From Bugula neritina (lineage: Eukaryota; Animalia; Bryozoa), in the NCBI GenBank assembly GCA_964035545.1, contig OZ037771.1, positions 3,731,628 through 3,795,627 of the forward strand: DNA of 64,000 bases, in the 5' to 3' direction. The notes under the pieces were generated by a model. The model had not been told where the DNA came from. It made no database searches and was given only the letters and a program-made list of their open reading frames with translations. Shown in pieces: positions 12,401-57,538 of this stretch. Position numbers and translations under genes: made by a program. Numbering within the stretch: the first letter of the stretch is position 1; each line of letters opens with the position of its first letter.

Positions 12401-15400
12401 TATTTTTTCCCTAATGTTCATTATACACCTTACAAATCATGATACTGAAATACACTTTTAAAACATAGAAATATAAATAATGTCATGAAAGATTAATACG
12501 AAACAGTTCAAAATTAAATATATACAAATGTAACAGCAATGTATAGTTGGTCAAATGTGTGAATAAACAATAGATCACAAAAGCTATTACCTTCTTTCCT
12601 CCTTTTAGGTGAATGTGATAATTAACCAAATACAAAAACAATTTTAAACTGAATACTACTTTCTATAATCCTATAAAAATTCAATTATAGTAGGCATCTG
12701 CTTTTACTGTTGCTTCTTTCACCTTTTATATGCTCAATGCTAATCATTAGGTTGCCATCAGCTATAAAGCTAGCTTTCAATAAAGGATAGCTGATATTTA
12801 GATATAAGAAAAACTGCCTTTTATGTAATTTATGCTTCTGCTGATTATGGAACTTACACTTACCTTTCTATTTACTTATTAACCTATCTATCTACTTATT
12901 CACCTTTCCATCTACATACCTACCTACTTACACCCTGTCCTTCGTCACTTTCTATGTTTCATAATGTTTTTTTTCTAGCGCTCTTTCATATATTTTATAG
13001 CACTTAGATTGTTAGAGTGTAAAAAATCTAGTTAATGCTTATTACAGCTAATGTTGGCCTGCTATTATGATGCGAGAAACAACTGTTACCTTTACTTTAC
13101 TCTCTACTCATAGTATAATATGTTATAAATAAATTTATAAGTTATTTCTAACCTACGAAAGCTGCTCTAGTTTATCTATAGTTGTCTTCTCCTGGCATAG
13201 ATTACCTTTACCTATAATATCATTTATTAGATACACTATTTCCACAGCACACCAGTAAAATATTATGTTTACATCACTTGTAACAGGGAGAACACAACTA
13301 CTGTTTTCCTTTACTGTTGCCAGTACTTACCATTATTGCATTATACGCTATTATTATAGTATATTATTACATCATTTTATTGTACTATTATAATACCCTA
13401 CTGTATTATTATATTATATGCTATTATTATAGTATAATATTACATCACTATATGACATTATTATGTTATTCTACTATATTAATATACTATATATGCTATT
13501 ATTATGGCATATTATAACATTATCCTATTATCCTCTTATATTATAATAATATTACATTATTATACAATATGAGCATAGTATATTCATATCATATTATATT
13601 ACTGCATAATTATATTATGTAAATATATATCTTGCATTATATTGTTGCATAATTATATTATATGATATATTTCAAATTATACTATTATATTACACCTGAA
13701 TGAGCACCAAATAAAAGTTATTTCTGGTACACTAGCCTTAGAAACCACAGTTCTGCATATTTCAGGTGGTCCATTGTTTACCATCACTCTGGCCTCCTTT
13801 TATCACAGTATGATTGAAAGCAATGTGCAACCCCCAGGCTACAATGAGCTGTACAGTGTGTCGGCAATGCAGCATTTCAAACAGGCATTCAAGGTACAGG
13901 AAAGTACCTAGAAAAGTTGCATATGCACATTTGTAAAATATGATATGTGTATAAAATCATAATCTTATATCCTGTGTGTATCTAAGATAAGTGTTTTTAC
14001 AATGCATGTTTGTAAATCTATTAAAGAGAACGTTTGGTATCTTTTTGTTGTCTAAACAGAAGGTATGCTTGAAAAGTGCTCGACTCTACAAAATCAACTG
14101 AAAATTGAAAATTCAAGTAATTTATTCAATTGGTATACAACAGTTTATTATACAAAATATTACAATTATTTATGTTGTTTTCAATATTTGCTTATAACAC
14201 AAAGAAAGTGGAAGGAATCTATCAAAAGTTTGATTTTTACCTAAGTTTCACCTATATTTCCTAAGCTCTCTATTACTAGTTGTTTATGACCTGTACACAG
14301 CTTTACTATCTTCTTTGTTTATACAGAATATTTTTATAACAGAAGCACTTGTGAATAGTCATAGTAAAAGTATATAATACCATAGTGTAAACTGTAAGAA
14401 ACTGTGCTCCAACTTCAACTTGAAATTACTATAACTCAGTTATTTATGTTGTATTCTACAGTCCAGAGCTCATGATGTTTCACCAACTATCAAAGCTGTA
14501 TCTTTATTTGGAGAATATTTAAAAAGAAAAGATGGTAAAGTTACTACATTTCAACTTTGTGTTTGCTCATAAATGTAGTTACTGTATTTTAGAATGTTTA
14601 TTTTCAAATCAAAATTTTAAAGAGTTTTTCGGTCGTTAAAAATTGACGGTTACTCGTCACAGTTTGTCTGCTTTATTGAGCCTCTTTATTAGATCAGTGT
14701 GTTGTATGAAGCTGTACCCAGATCTGAACTTTGGTTTCAGATTTTTATGAACAAAGTTTATACACTTTTTTTATAGACTTCAATCAACTGGAAATAGAAT
14801 AAACTTTTATGTCATTATGCACTGTGTATCATCTTAATGTCGACTAGAGCTGAGTTTTTAATAATACTACCAAAAATATCATTAAACTTGATATTTCTAA
14901 TGCAAAATCTATAAGCAAAACTTGAAAGGGTTTATAAACTATAATAAAATATTAACGTATTTTTGTGTTTTTAACTTGTTGTACCAATTATTAGTGGGGC
15001 TTTGTGATCATTTGAACTGCAGTATAAGTATGGTGTATATCTAAAACACCATTCAGTAAATATCAGCTGGCTTTTTAATGGAATGGTCTTTTCAGTGCAG
15101 CCCATGTCAATTTCATATAGTCTGTAATAAAAAAGAAACCGACAATCCTATTAGTTAAAAGTTAAAATGCCCAGACTCTGTTCTATATGCTAATTTCTGC
15201 CAATAAACTTTCAGGAAGTATGTTAGTTGGTCGTGCTATGAACTGCAGGTCTGTACTAAGAAGAGCGTATAACAATATGCTGGAGAAATACGATGCTCTG
15301 ATTATGCCTACCATACCTTTTGTTGCTGCTAAACTACCTACAGCTGATCTAACTCCAGCAGGTATGAAGTGCCACATGTTAGTTAAGTAACTCTTTTAAC

Positions 15401-16648
15401 TAATAGTTAAATTTATTCACAAAACTGTTTAAAAGAGGACAATCCCTAAATTAAGAATGAAGATTGTTTTTCAACAAGTACCTGAAAATTAGTTTTTTTC
15501 TTAATTATAATACGCAAGTTTGCTTTAAGGCTAGACACCGAACTAAAAGTTAGAAGTTCAGGCATAACTAAAAATAGAGATTTATGCTTTTAATTATTTC
15601 TATGTTACATTGAAATTAGACATTTTATATAGTTTTTCAATCAAAACCTAATATAACAAGACTTGAAAGTCTTTGTGATATCTCAATTTGTCAAAAATGC
15701 ACAATATAATACATGCTATGAAATTATTTTACTGATATTTCAGTTCAGACAAGAGCAACAATATTTGGTCAACTCACTGTCAGCACATTTTAATTGACTG
15801 TTTATTCCATATCATTGATTTGTAGAGTTTGTGGAACAGACACTGTTCAACACTGGAAACACGGCACCATTCAATCAAAGTGGTCATCCCGCTTTAACCA
15901 TCAACGTTGGGAATGTTCTTCCTGAAGATGCAGACGTACGTGTACTTCCCTTGTAGCATTGTTAGTTTTGATGTTGATCCAAAATCTATAATGTGCTATT
16001 TGAGAAAAAGTAGTTGTGTTGGAAGTATTTTTAGTTGACATCTTCATTTGATGTTATTATATTTATTGGATACCAGTATTAATGTATAATATAGTACTAC
16101 ATGAATATATAGTATGTTATATATCATATGAAATATTGATATAGCACAATGAAATATTATTGCAATGATATTAATATAATATAGTGAAATAATACTACAA
16201 TAATATTAACATATAATACAGTAAAGTACTTTTATTAACACATTTGTTGTATATTGATATTAATATATAATATAGTAAAATAACTATAATATATTATTAT
16301 TTTTTTATTGGTGAAGATTTATGCATATTTTTTTAAATTGAATACAACCAATACAACTTTAATAAAAGTTTACAGCTATATTTTAATTTTAATTTATAGA
16401 ACAAAATTATATAGGCTAATATTTGCACATTTTATGTGATAAATACATCTTTATAGATTTAACATTTTTCACAGTGATTTAGATTGTGCAACTGTCTTTT
16501 AATTTTGTAGCCAATGAAATTAGATGATGCTACCAAATTGCCTGTGGGTCTACAAATTGTGTGCAAGCACTACGAAGAGGCAAAACTTTTGGATATCGCT
16601 TTTGGAGTAGAGAAGATAATGGCCCAGGGATCAAAGTCTAGCTCCTAA
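3464..16648 (+). CDS. Amidase-signature family amidase, paralogue 2, complete (13 exons, 529 aa)
   Basis: Exons 3464-3485, 4194-4292, 8142-8268, 8859-9031, 9595-9734, 11420-11549, 11753-11898, 12124-12280, 13766-13893, 14462-14534, 15215-15361, 15826-15935, 16511-16648. All are GT-AG and phase-consistent, 1590 nt in total. Motifs: VAIKDN (catalytic Lys), [18 protein letters not shown] (nucleophile Ser), [10 protein letters not shown]. The first two exons are less certain. Confidence 0.92.
3551..3994. mobile_element. MITE family A, second copy (amidase intron 1)
   Basis: Colinear with 2207-2718, same CAGATAGACGCT repeats and GATGAAACC end; TSD not clear. Confidence 0.85.
4497..5035. mobile_element. 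Degenerate TIR element fragment, family B
   Basis: 4520-4680 is the reverse complement of about 11000-11140, and 4860-5030 is the reverse complement of about 10170-10338. A further fragment lies near 7915-7965. Confidence 0.7.
5453..7204. mobile_element. Foldback/Mutator-like non-autonomous transposon with about 440-490-bp TIRs
   Basis: Near-perfect inverted arms at about 5453-5896 and 6714-7204. Arms contain 16-bp tandem units (TCCGAAGGCCCATTAG, about 4 left and about 7 right). 9-bp TSD GTTTTCAGA at 5444-5452 and 7205-7213. No internal ORF. Confidence 0.93.
8440..8746. repeat. Compound pentanucleotide microsatellite (ACTAT/ACCAT/ACCGT/ACCCT/ACTCT)n
   Basis: Directly visible; it explains the spurious YHTIP ORFs. 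Confidence 0.97.
9399..9528 (+). mobile_element. Degenerate tRNA-derived SINE fragment
   Basis: A-box-like TAGTCTACTGGTTAG, then TGGTGATGTTAGGAAAGCCATTCAGTCATA...AAGTCCTTAG, shared with 30880-31005. Confidence 0.55.
9914..11162. mobile_element. TIR element family B (host of nested MITE)
   Basis: Left end TTTTCAGAGGTC...TACAATTTAAAGTTGTGTCCTCCCAA is inverted at the right end (TTGGGAGGGCACAACTCTTAATTGTA...GACCTCTGAAAA). Internal sequence is homologous to 4497-5035. Confidence 0.7.
10340..10999. mobile_element. piggyBac-like MITE nested in the family B element
   Basis: TTAA|CCCCTTGTTCACACATTGCCG ... CGGCAATGTGTGAGCAGAGGG|ATAA: 21-bp TIR with 3 mismatches, CCC/GGG termini. Confidence 0.75.
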
Positions 16649-17096
16649 GACTTCATTTCAACTGGCCGATTAAATGGGAAACTGAGTACTTAGCTCATGT
16701 ATTTACATGCTTGTAGTATAAAATCGACTACATATTATTTCATATTATACAAGCAAACCTTCTCTTTCTAATTTTGGAGTTATGATCACATTGCTAAAAT
16801 ACAAAATACAAAAGTATACATTATGGTAATATTACATTTTTCTTAGCTTGTGGGGCAGCTTTTTGTAAAAGATATGTTGCTCTTAGTGCCTTTTTATATT
16901 TACATTGCTAATTCTTAAGATATATTCATTTTTAATACCATTTGTCTTTTATAAATAAATCTGGGTGTATGGCGCATATATAATATAATCAATTTGCAAT
17001 AATAAACTATCAATAAATGATTTTTAGCATTTTTGTAAGTTTAGTTTTTAAATAAACAATGTGGAAAGATTTGGTTCAAAACTATTAGCTTTGTAA

Positions 17097-17180
17097 TAGT
17101 ATGATGATATGCCAGTATATATTATTCTACTAAGATTAGTAGTATTATGATATGCTAGTATATATTATTATACTAAGGAT
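17097..17180. repeat. About 42-bp tandem duplication
   Basis: Two copies of TAGTAT.ATGATATGC.AGTATATATTATT.TACTAAG. Confidence 0.8.
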
Positions 17181-17335
17181 AAGTTTGAAGTGGAGATTCT
17201 TTGCGCTAAGAACCATCTTAATTAAGGTAGAAAAGATGGTCTAATTATTTATATTTGTCAGAATTAAAACATTTTAATAAATAGTAGTAGATAACCTCAG
17301 CCAATGATGTGTCTAGTTCCTGAACACATGTTTCT

Positions 17336-17445
17336 ATAGATCTAATGGTTAAAGCACCAGCCTAATGCAACACACAAAGTACTGGGTTATAGAAAAAAGG
17401 GGTTTTTAATGGTTTCCATGCCACAGCAAAAACCATGTCCTCAGT
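17336..17445 (+). mobile_element. Degenerate tRNA-derived SINE fragment
   Basis: TATAG(A)TCTAATGGTTAAAGCAC A-box-like head, similar to the heads at 9399 and 36415. Confidence 0.45.
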
Positions 17446-18164
17446 TTAAAAACTTTGATCATGGATTATGCAGACTTTTTAACAAATAGAAGCTTTACTT
17501 TTCTCAACTATAGTTGGATAGTATTGCAGTTTGGAGTTTTCTACCCACAGTTTGCTGATATGATAAATGAAGCGTGTTCGAATGAAGTAATTTAAGAGTT
17601 GTGTGCTCTTGAGTTAAGTTGTTGTACAGTTCAAATGTTGAGCCATAGCATCATTGCTGCACCTGTTATAAACTTATATTATATAACATAATATTCATTC
17701 ACATTTAATCTGTGCTAAGGAAATAACTCTCAAATTAGGACATAGTTGTGGTTATACACTTGTGTTTATCATTATTATGCAGCATGCAAAATATTGAAAA
17801 TTCTATCGCAACAGTTGCCTAACTATAATAATATAAAGTTTCTATACAACAGCTTATTGCCCATGCAAAGTTATAATTACTATGAATTAAAGAATTAAAA
17901 AACACAATAAACTTAACAATAAAAGTAAATATAATATTATATTACATGGGTGAGTTTGCTACGGCCATGCACTAGATGTTAAAATTACCTTTAAACATAA
18001 ATCATAAACTCTCAATCTCGTTTTTCAAAGTAATTTCTTCGGTTTGGAGCATGTACTGCAAAGCGCAAACTACCATAAAGCTAAATTAACTCTAAAACTC
18101 ATCTTTTTTGTCCTGTTCTTGTTTGGAAACATAATACTGAAACTTGTAGCAGTTTTATTACCAC

Positions 18165-18365
18165 TGCTTACATTGCTTGCAGTGTATATAGTGATTGTTA
18201 CACCTACAGTGCTTATAGTTGGGCTTACAATACTTATAGTGTCTATAAGCCTATGATGATCAGAATATCTATAAGTGAGACTACTATGCTTACAGTGTTT
18301 ATAAGCTTATGATGCCTAAAGTGCTTATAAAAAGTTGTGAGAGTTACAATGCTTACAATATCTGT
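18165..18365. repeat. Degenerate minisatellite (about 57-bp unit); extra unit at about 18911-18963
   Basis: Recurrent CTATAAGCCTATGATG...GTGAGA...ATGCTTACA. Confidence 0.6.
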
Positions 18366-20165
18366 AGCAGCCGTTTGTATGTCATGGTGGTGATGGTACT
18401 TTATTGCAGCCTCGACTGATGCCATAAGGCAACTAAAAACTATAATAGCAATGTATAGAACAACATGTTAGTAAAAATATGCAAAGATGTATAATAAGTC
18501 ACCAAGTTATTGTCAAACAATTAAGATTTTATATTATATTAAAATGCAAAAATATAAGTAATTATTATTAATAACTGTATTACCTGATTGGCTCTACTAG
18601 TTCTATAAAATGGCTGCACTGGTCATGGCTCTAGCACTTGACCTACCATGGCTAGGCCAAGTTTAGAACGAGCCCATGTGCAGCCTACAAAGCCTTATAT
18701 AGCTAGCTAGTTTACAAGATGTTTTAGCTAACATAACAGCTCAAAACAGCTGTGCTAATTCTATGGAAAACAAATATAGCTTAAGGTTAATGACAATAGG
18801 TTTGACAAGCTAAGTGTAACTAGTTTATGAATGTATTTTCAACGCTTGGGTTTCTACTTATTTTAGCTAACAGAATGAGGTACAAAAATGCCATTCTGGC
18901 CGTTACAACATCTATAAGTCTATGATAGTGCTTATTGTAAGTGAGATTTCACAATGCTTACAAAGCTCAGCAGTCTGCAGTTACTAGCTGGCTCCACTAT
19001 CTGTTCATGTATGACTGCAAGCAATCTTTATCTTCACATCTCATTTGCTTCAATATTATTGCTAATTAATGCTTCATAAAATTTTTGTATTTAATAATTT
19101 TTATCAATTATATATGCATACTAGATTAACTCTATGAAATACCAAATAAGGCAATATTATATGAATTTAGTCAATGTGTACCTACAGTGTAAGGTTTTTC
19201 CTTGTATATCGAAAGTATTTATTGTTCTAAATATGGTGTAAACTTTTGTGAATAGAAGAATGTTTAGCTCTTCTCTCTCTCAGTGATCACTAAATTGACT
19301 CATTGTAGTAACTCTTACTACTAATACTCTGGAGCATGCACTCTAACTTAACAATGGAATTGGGTAGTCTGTGGCCATGTTAATCTTATTTTATATACAT
19401 GATGTCTGCATTTTAGTCAAAGGAAATACAACTACTTCCAACTCTTGTTTAAAATGTTTTTACCCGCACATTTTCCATATACAATTTAGACTACTCTTGT
19501 TTTTTCACATCCTCAATTGACTAATCTCTGCATATCTAATTTTATAAACAATCGGTGTTTATGCATGAAAGGCCAAACCTTCTGTGCTCATTACGTATTC
19601 TAATTCTATTCTAAACTAGCAAAGTTAGGTACAAAATTTGCACAATTAAATAAGAAATGTGTGGCAGTGGTGAGTGAGTAGATTAATAGATCAGGCCGGC
19701 GCCTCAGCTCTCAAATGAATGAATTTGTATTAATAATACTCAGTAATGAAGAGATTTATGTGCATTGTAATTAGCCTAAGAATTAGTGTTGAGAATGATT
19801 TGCATCATCCATCAACCCACTAAGAGTAGAGAGATATTCACAGGTCTTATCAACAGGAAGAACATTTATTTCAGAATAAAAGTTTTGTTAAACTATTATG
19901 AGCTTTGCTCTAATTATATATTACATTCCATGCAAAAAAAATATTCTACTTACATAACATTACACTATATACAAATCTTTTCTTTGTTCAGATAAAAAAT
20001 TTTTACAAACACTGATATGTCTTTACCAAATAAACATAAAGATATTACTTTAAAATAAAAATAAAATTTATGAATTTAAAAAAATACTAAAATACATAAA
20101 TATTAAATTAAATATTTATTAATATATTAATTTTTTATTTTTAGTTAGACAATTCATTTAAGTTT

Positions 20166-21305
20166 CTAATAGAATGTTTGGCTAAAAGTTGGCAGTGAAG
20201 TGTCCTCCAGCAGAGATGCAATGGAGTCTATCAACTCATCTTCACTGAAGTTGTCTAGCGTTGGGTCATTTAAATCTGCAGCTGTGATATTATCCACAGA
20301 GACATCAGATGTGGATGAGATATCACAGTCAATAAGTGAGATGGGGGAGTCGAGAAATGAAAGCGGCGAGCTGTCCACTTGCTGTGAATGAGACGAAAAG
20401 GAATTCTCCGAGTTAAAAGAGTTTGGCATGATTCTCAGGTGGTCAGGAGAAGTAGGATAATATGTTGATTCTACTAATGGTGATGCTGGATAAACACTCG
20501 GACTAGACGCACAGCTGTAGGAACTGTACCCAGAACCCGGACTGGAGCATTCGTAGAGACCTGATGTGTCTTGAGTGTAACTGAGCGATGAGTTTATTGG
20601 CATGGCACTGCTAACTGATTGCTGGTGGTGGGAATAGATTGGAGCTGAGCTAGAATATTGACAGCTACTAGGTAGAATGTTATCACTTTGATAACAGGAA
20701 GTAGTCAGCGATGGTGACTCATAGTAACACGGTGTGCTGTCTCTTCTGTTGTGATACTGGGTAGGAATGGAGACAGTTGTTGGTGGTAAGTACGGACTAC
20801 TCTCCTCAAAATAAGCGTTGTGTGCTGGTAGTTCTATTGGTGTGATATGTTCTGGAAAGAGCTGATGAGATGGCTCTGTGGAATGACTTCTGCTATTAAC
20901 ACATTCCTCTGATGACCAAGTATTTAGGAAATGCATTAATTCATTGTTAGATATTTCAGAGATTGAGCTTTCACCACTGTCACTTACTGAAGGTGATGGA
21001 AGACATGACCGAGTATGAGTCAAAGGTTTCTGCAGACGTTTATTATTTGAATAATCTGCTGATTTGTCACTCTTTTTCTTCGAACTCAATTTCTTAGCTA
21101 AATTGCTGTTGGCTGCAGCAGAAGGTGATCGTGATCGTCTACTTACTTTTTCTGGAGAGTTTCCTGTATTTTCACACTTTCTCAGTTGTTTGAGTAGATA
21201 TCTCCGATGATTAACTTTTCGCTTTGACTTGTTCTTATTGTCCAAAGCTTGCATAATGTTAGTGGATGCAGAATCTACAAACTGCAGCAGATTGCTTTCC
21301 TCCAT
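20166..21305 (-). CDS. FAM181: FAM181 family protein, single exon, 379 aa
   Basis: N-terminal [17 protein letters not shown]...[14 protein letters not shown] matches the FAM181A/B conserved block; the rest is Ser/Pro-rich with an acidic tail. The first ATG is at 21305 (the ORF track starts at a TTG, 21311). Confidence 0.88.
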   Translation of the reverse strand: MEESNLLQFVDSASTNIMQALDNKNKSKRKVNHRRYLLKQLRKCENTGNSPEKVSRRSRSPSAAANSNLAKKLSSKKKSDKSADYSNNKRLQKPLTHTRSCLPSPSVSDSGESSISEISNNELMHFLNTWSSEECVNSRSHSTEPSHQLFPEHITPIELPAHNAYFEESSPYLPPTTVSIPTQYHNRRDSTPCYYESPSLTTSCYQSDNILPSSCQYSSSAPIYSHHQQSVSSAMPINSSLSYTQDTSGLYECSSPGSGYSSYSCASSPSVYPASPLVESTYYPTSPDHLRIMPNSFNSENSFSSHSQQVDSSPLSFLDSPISLIDCDISSTSDVSVDNITAADLNDPTLDNFSEDELIDSIASLLEDTSLPTFSQTFY

Positions 21306-21389
21306 ATTCAAATAATCACTTTACTGTGTGCTTTACTTTAGTTAGAGCTAACACGTGCGAACATTAATGTACTTTGCCTGCTGGCATGT

Positions 21390-21445
21390 GAATGAAATAG
21401 GGGACCAACTTACTACTTATATATGATTATAAACTAGCCAATCAG
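21390..21445 (-). promoter_or_regulatory. FAM181 core promoter: CCAAT box, TATA box, Inr
   Basis: Minus-strand TATATAA (21423-21417) starts exactly 30 nt upstream of the A of Inr TCATTC (21393). AGCCAATCAG lies at 21436-21445. Confidence 0.7.
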
Positions 21446-22173
21446 AAGACGGTTTATTGTCTAACGGCCAAACTGCTATAATAGATATCCATATACCTGC
21501 CGGATGCTGAATTAGAATTTCATCTTTTCAATTTATCTCAAAATGAAAAGGTTATTCAAATCAGATGCAGATATTTTGGTAGCTATTACCAGACGAATCC
21601 ACCAACACTTGCTACTGACAAAAATACATTAATATAACAGCACAATACTGTTGGCATATAAAATAATAATTGTGTTTTCATTATGATTAACATCATTGAC
21701 AGAATATTTAATAGGAATCATACACAAGCTGTGTTGTAGGATTATGTAATGAACTACAGCTGCATGGTAATTTTAATAAACAGATGGTCAAATTTCAGCA
21801 GTTTAAATGATGGTTGACATGTAAGGTTTGAACCTTTACCAACAATCTAGCTAGAACTTCAGAGTTACAGCTCAGTAATATCTCCAAGAACCGTCTACTG
21901 GTGTTCCGCTACTTTTCTGCCAAGTTACTAAATTGAATCAAAATTTTATTCTGAGTGAAATTACAAAAAAACACATTTACAATAATAATTAAAATCATTA
22001 AAAAGTTTCCTTTTATTCCTTTACCGCCCTGAAGTAAGAGATATTTTTTCCTTCTATACTTTGCAGTTACTACTAGATATATTCTAAGAGATTTTATAAC
22101 TTGAGCCATATCTTATAAATAAATGAAGAAAATCACATGTTATGAATAAGGCTTAAACTCCTATACTCTATAG

Positions 22174-22512
22174 CAGGGCTGTCCAACAGGCTAGCTACAG
22201 AGCCAGATGTGGCCCCCAGTCTATATTTATGTGGCTCCAAAAAGCATAAAACTAAAATTATTTTTCACAGTATACATGAATTAGAGCAAAAAACCACCTT
22301 TTAAATGTCTTAATTCTACATATGCTACAAAACCTGCAGCCTGCATTAGCTATTGAGACTTTATTGTGTAATGATTCATAATAGGTTGAAATAAAATAAT
22401 TTGAAAAATACTGATGCTGTGGCCCCAGCTCAGACTAAAGTTTACAATGTGGCCCTCAGTATAAGATATTTCTTTTCAGTGGCCCTTGCTCTGAAAAGGT
22501 TGGACACCCCTG
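22174..22512. mobile_element. hAT (Charlie-like) MITE, 339 bp
   Basis: TIR CAGGGCTGTCCAAC / GTTGGACACCCCTG, perfect 8-bp TSD CTCTATAG (22166-22173, 22513-22520), internal TGTGGCCC repeats. Confidence 0.93.
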
Positions 22513-23395
22513 CTCTATAGCATCAATTTCCATACATTGAAGCTATTGTGAAAACATGACTGCTAGGCCAATCAGGCGTTAGCTTTTACTTTTGAAAGAT
22601 GAATTAAAAGACATATTAGCAGTGTAGATTGAGCCCTATTGCATTGTCACACCAAAGAGTAGAGCAGACTAGTGAAGTATTAAATGAGATGAGGCTCACT
22701 CCACACTGATAGTTGTGAAAGTTTTTTGTACAGATATAAACCCTAGTTATGGGCAAGCCATTTTCTTAACATAAGATTGCATATAACACAATAAGGTAAC
22801 ATTACTTTGGCATTTTATTACCATGATTCAAAAGAATTTCCAATAATATGTGTGTTTTGCTGTCAGACATGGCAGCTAATATGTCATGTAAACACAAGAA
22901 AATTGGTATTTATAGTAAAAGTAAGTACTTTATTGATATGTACATTTAATATGTTGTATAGAAACTATCTGATGTGAAAGAAAATATTAGTACAAAAATA
23001 TAAAAAAACTAACAAGTTTATTATATATCACAGAAATTGAGTTTAAATAGAAAATAGAATATGCTCATAAAGTGAGCATCAAGCAAGCAGTGCATGTAGC
23101 AGCTAACTCATCGTGAGGTCTGAGTATTACATAACAAATACTAGTAGGTCCAAGTAATTGATTACTAATGCTTTTATAATAAATTGAATACGAACTAATC
23201 AAACACCCAATAATTGAAGATTATTGAAGTTCATCTATCTACTATACAGGAAGTACAATATCAGACATGCTATAAAAATATAGCTTTCTGTTATTTATTC
23301 TTTATTGTACACTTTAAAATCTTGTAATAATTTGTTAAAAGCTATAATTTTGCAACATTTCCTATCGCCACTGACATCTAACAGCTACGGATTAG

Positions 23396-57538
<34,143 letters not shown>

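Noticed and set aside
13317-13690. Tyr/Ile-rich ORF
   Set aside because: AT-rich low-complexity intron sequence.
18044-18425. Hydrophobic membrane-like ORFs on both strands
   Set aside because: They arise from a degenerate minisatellite; no splice or family support.
20200-20391. Antisense ORFs over real exons (also 219-428, 8119-8331, 8799-8987, 23462-23653, 34377-34643, 45800-45994)
   Set aside because: Opposite-strand shadows of coding exons.
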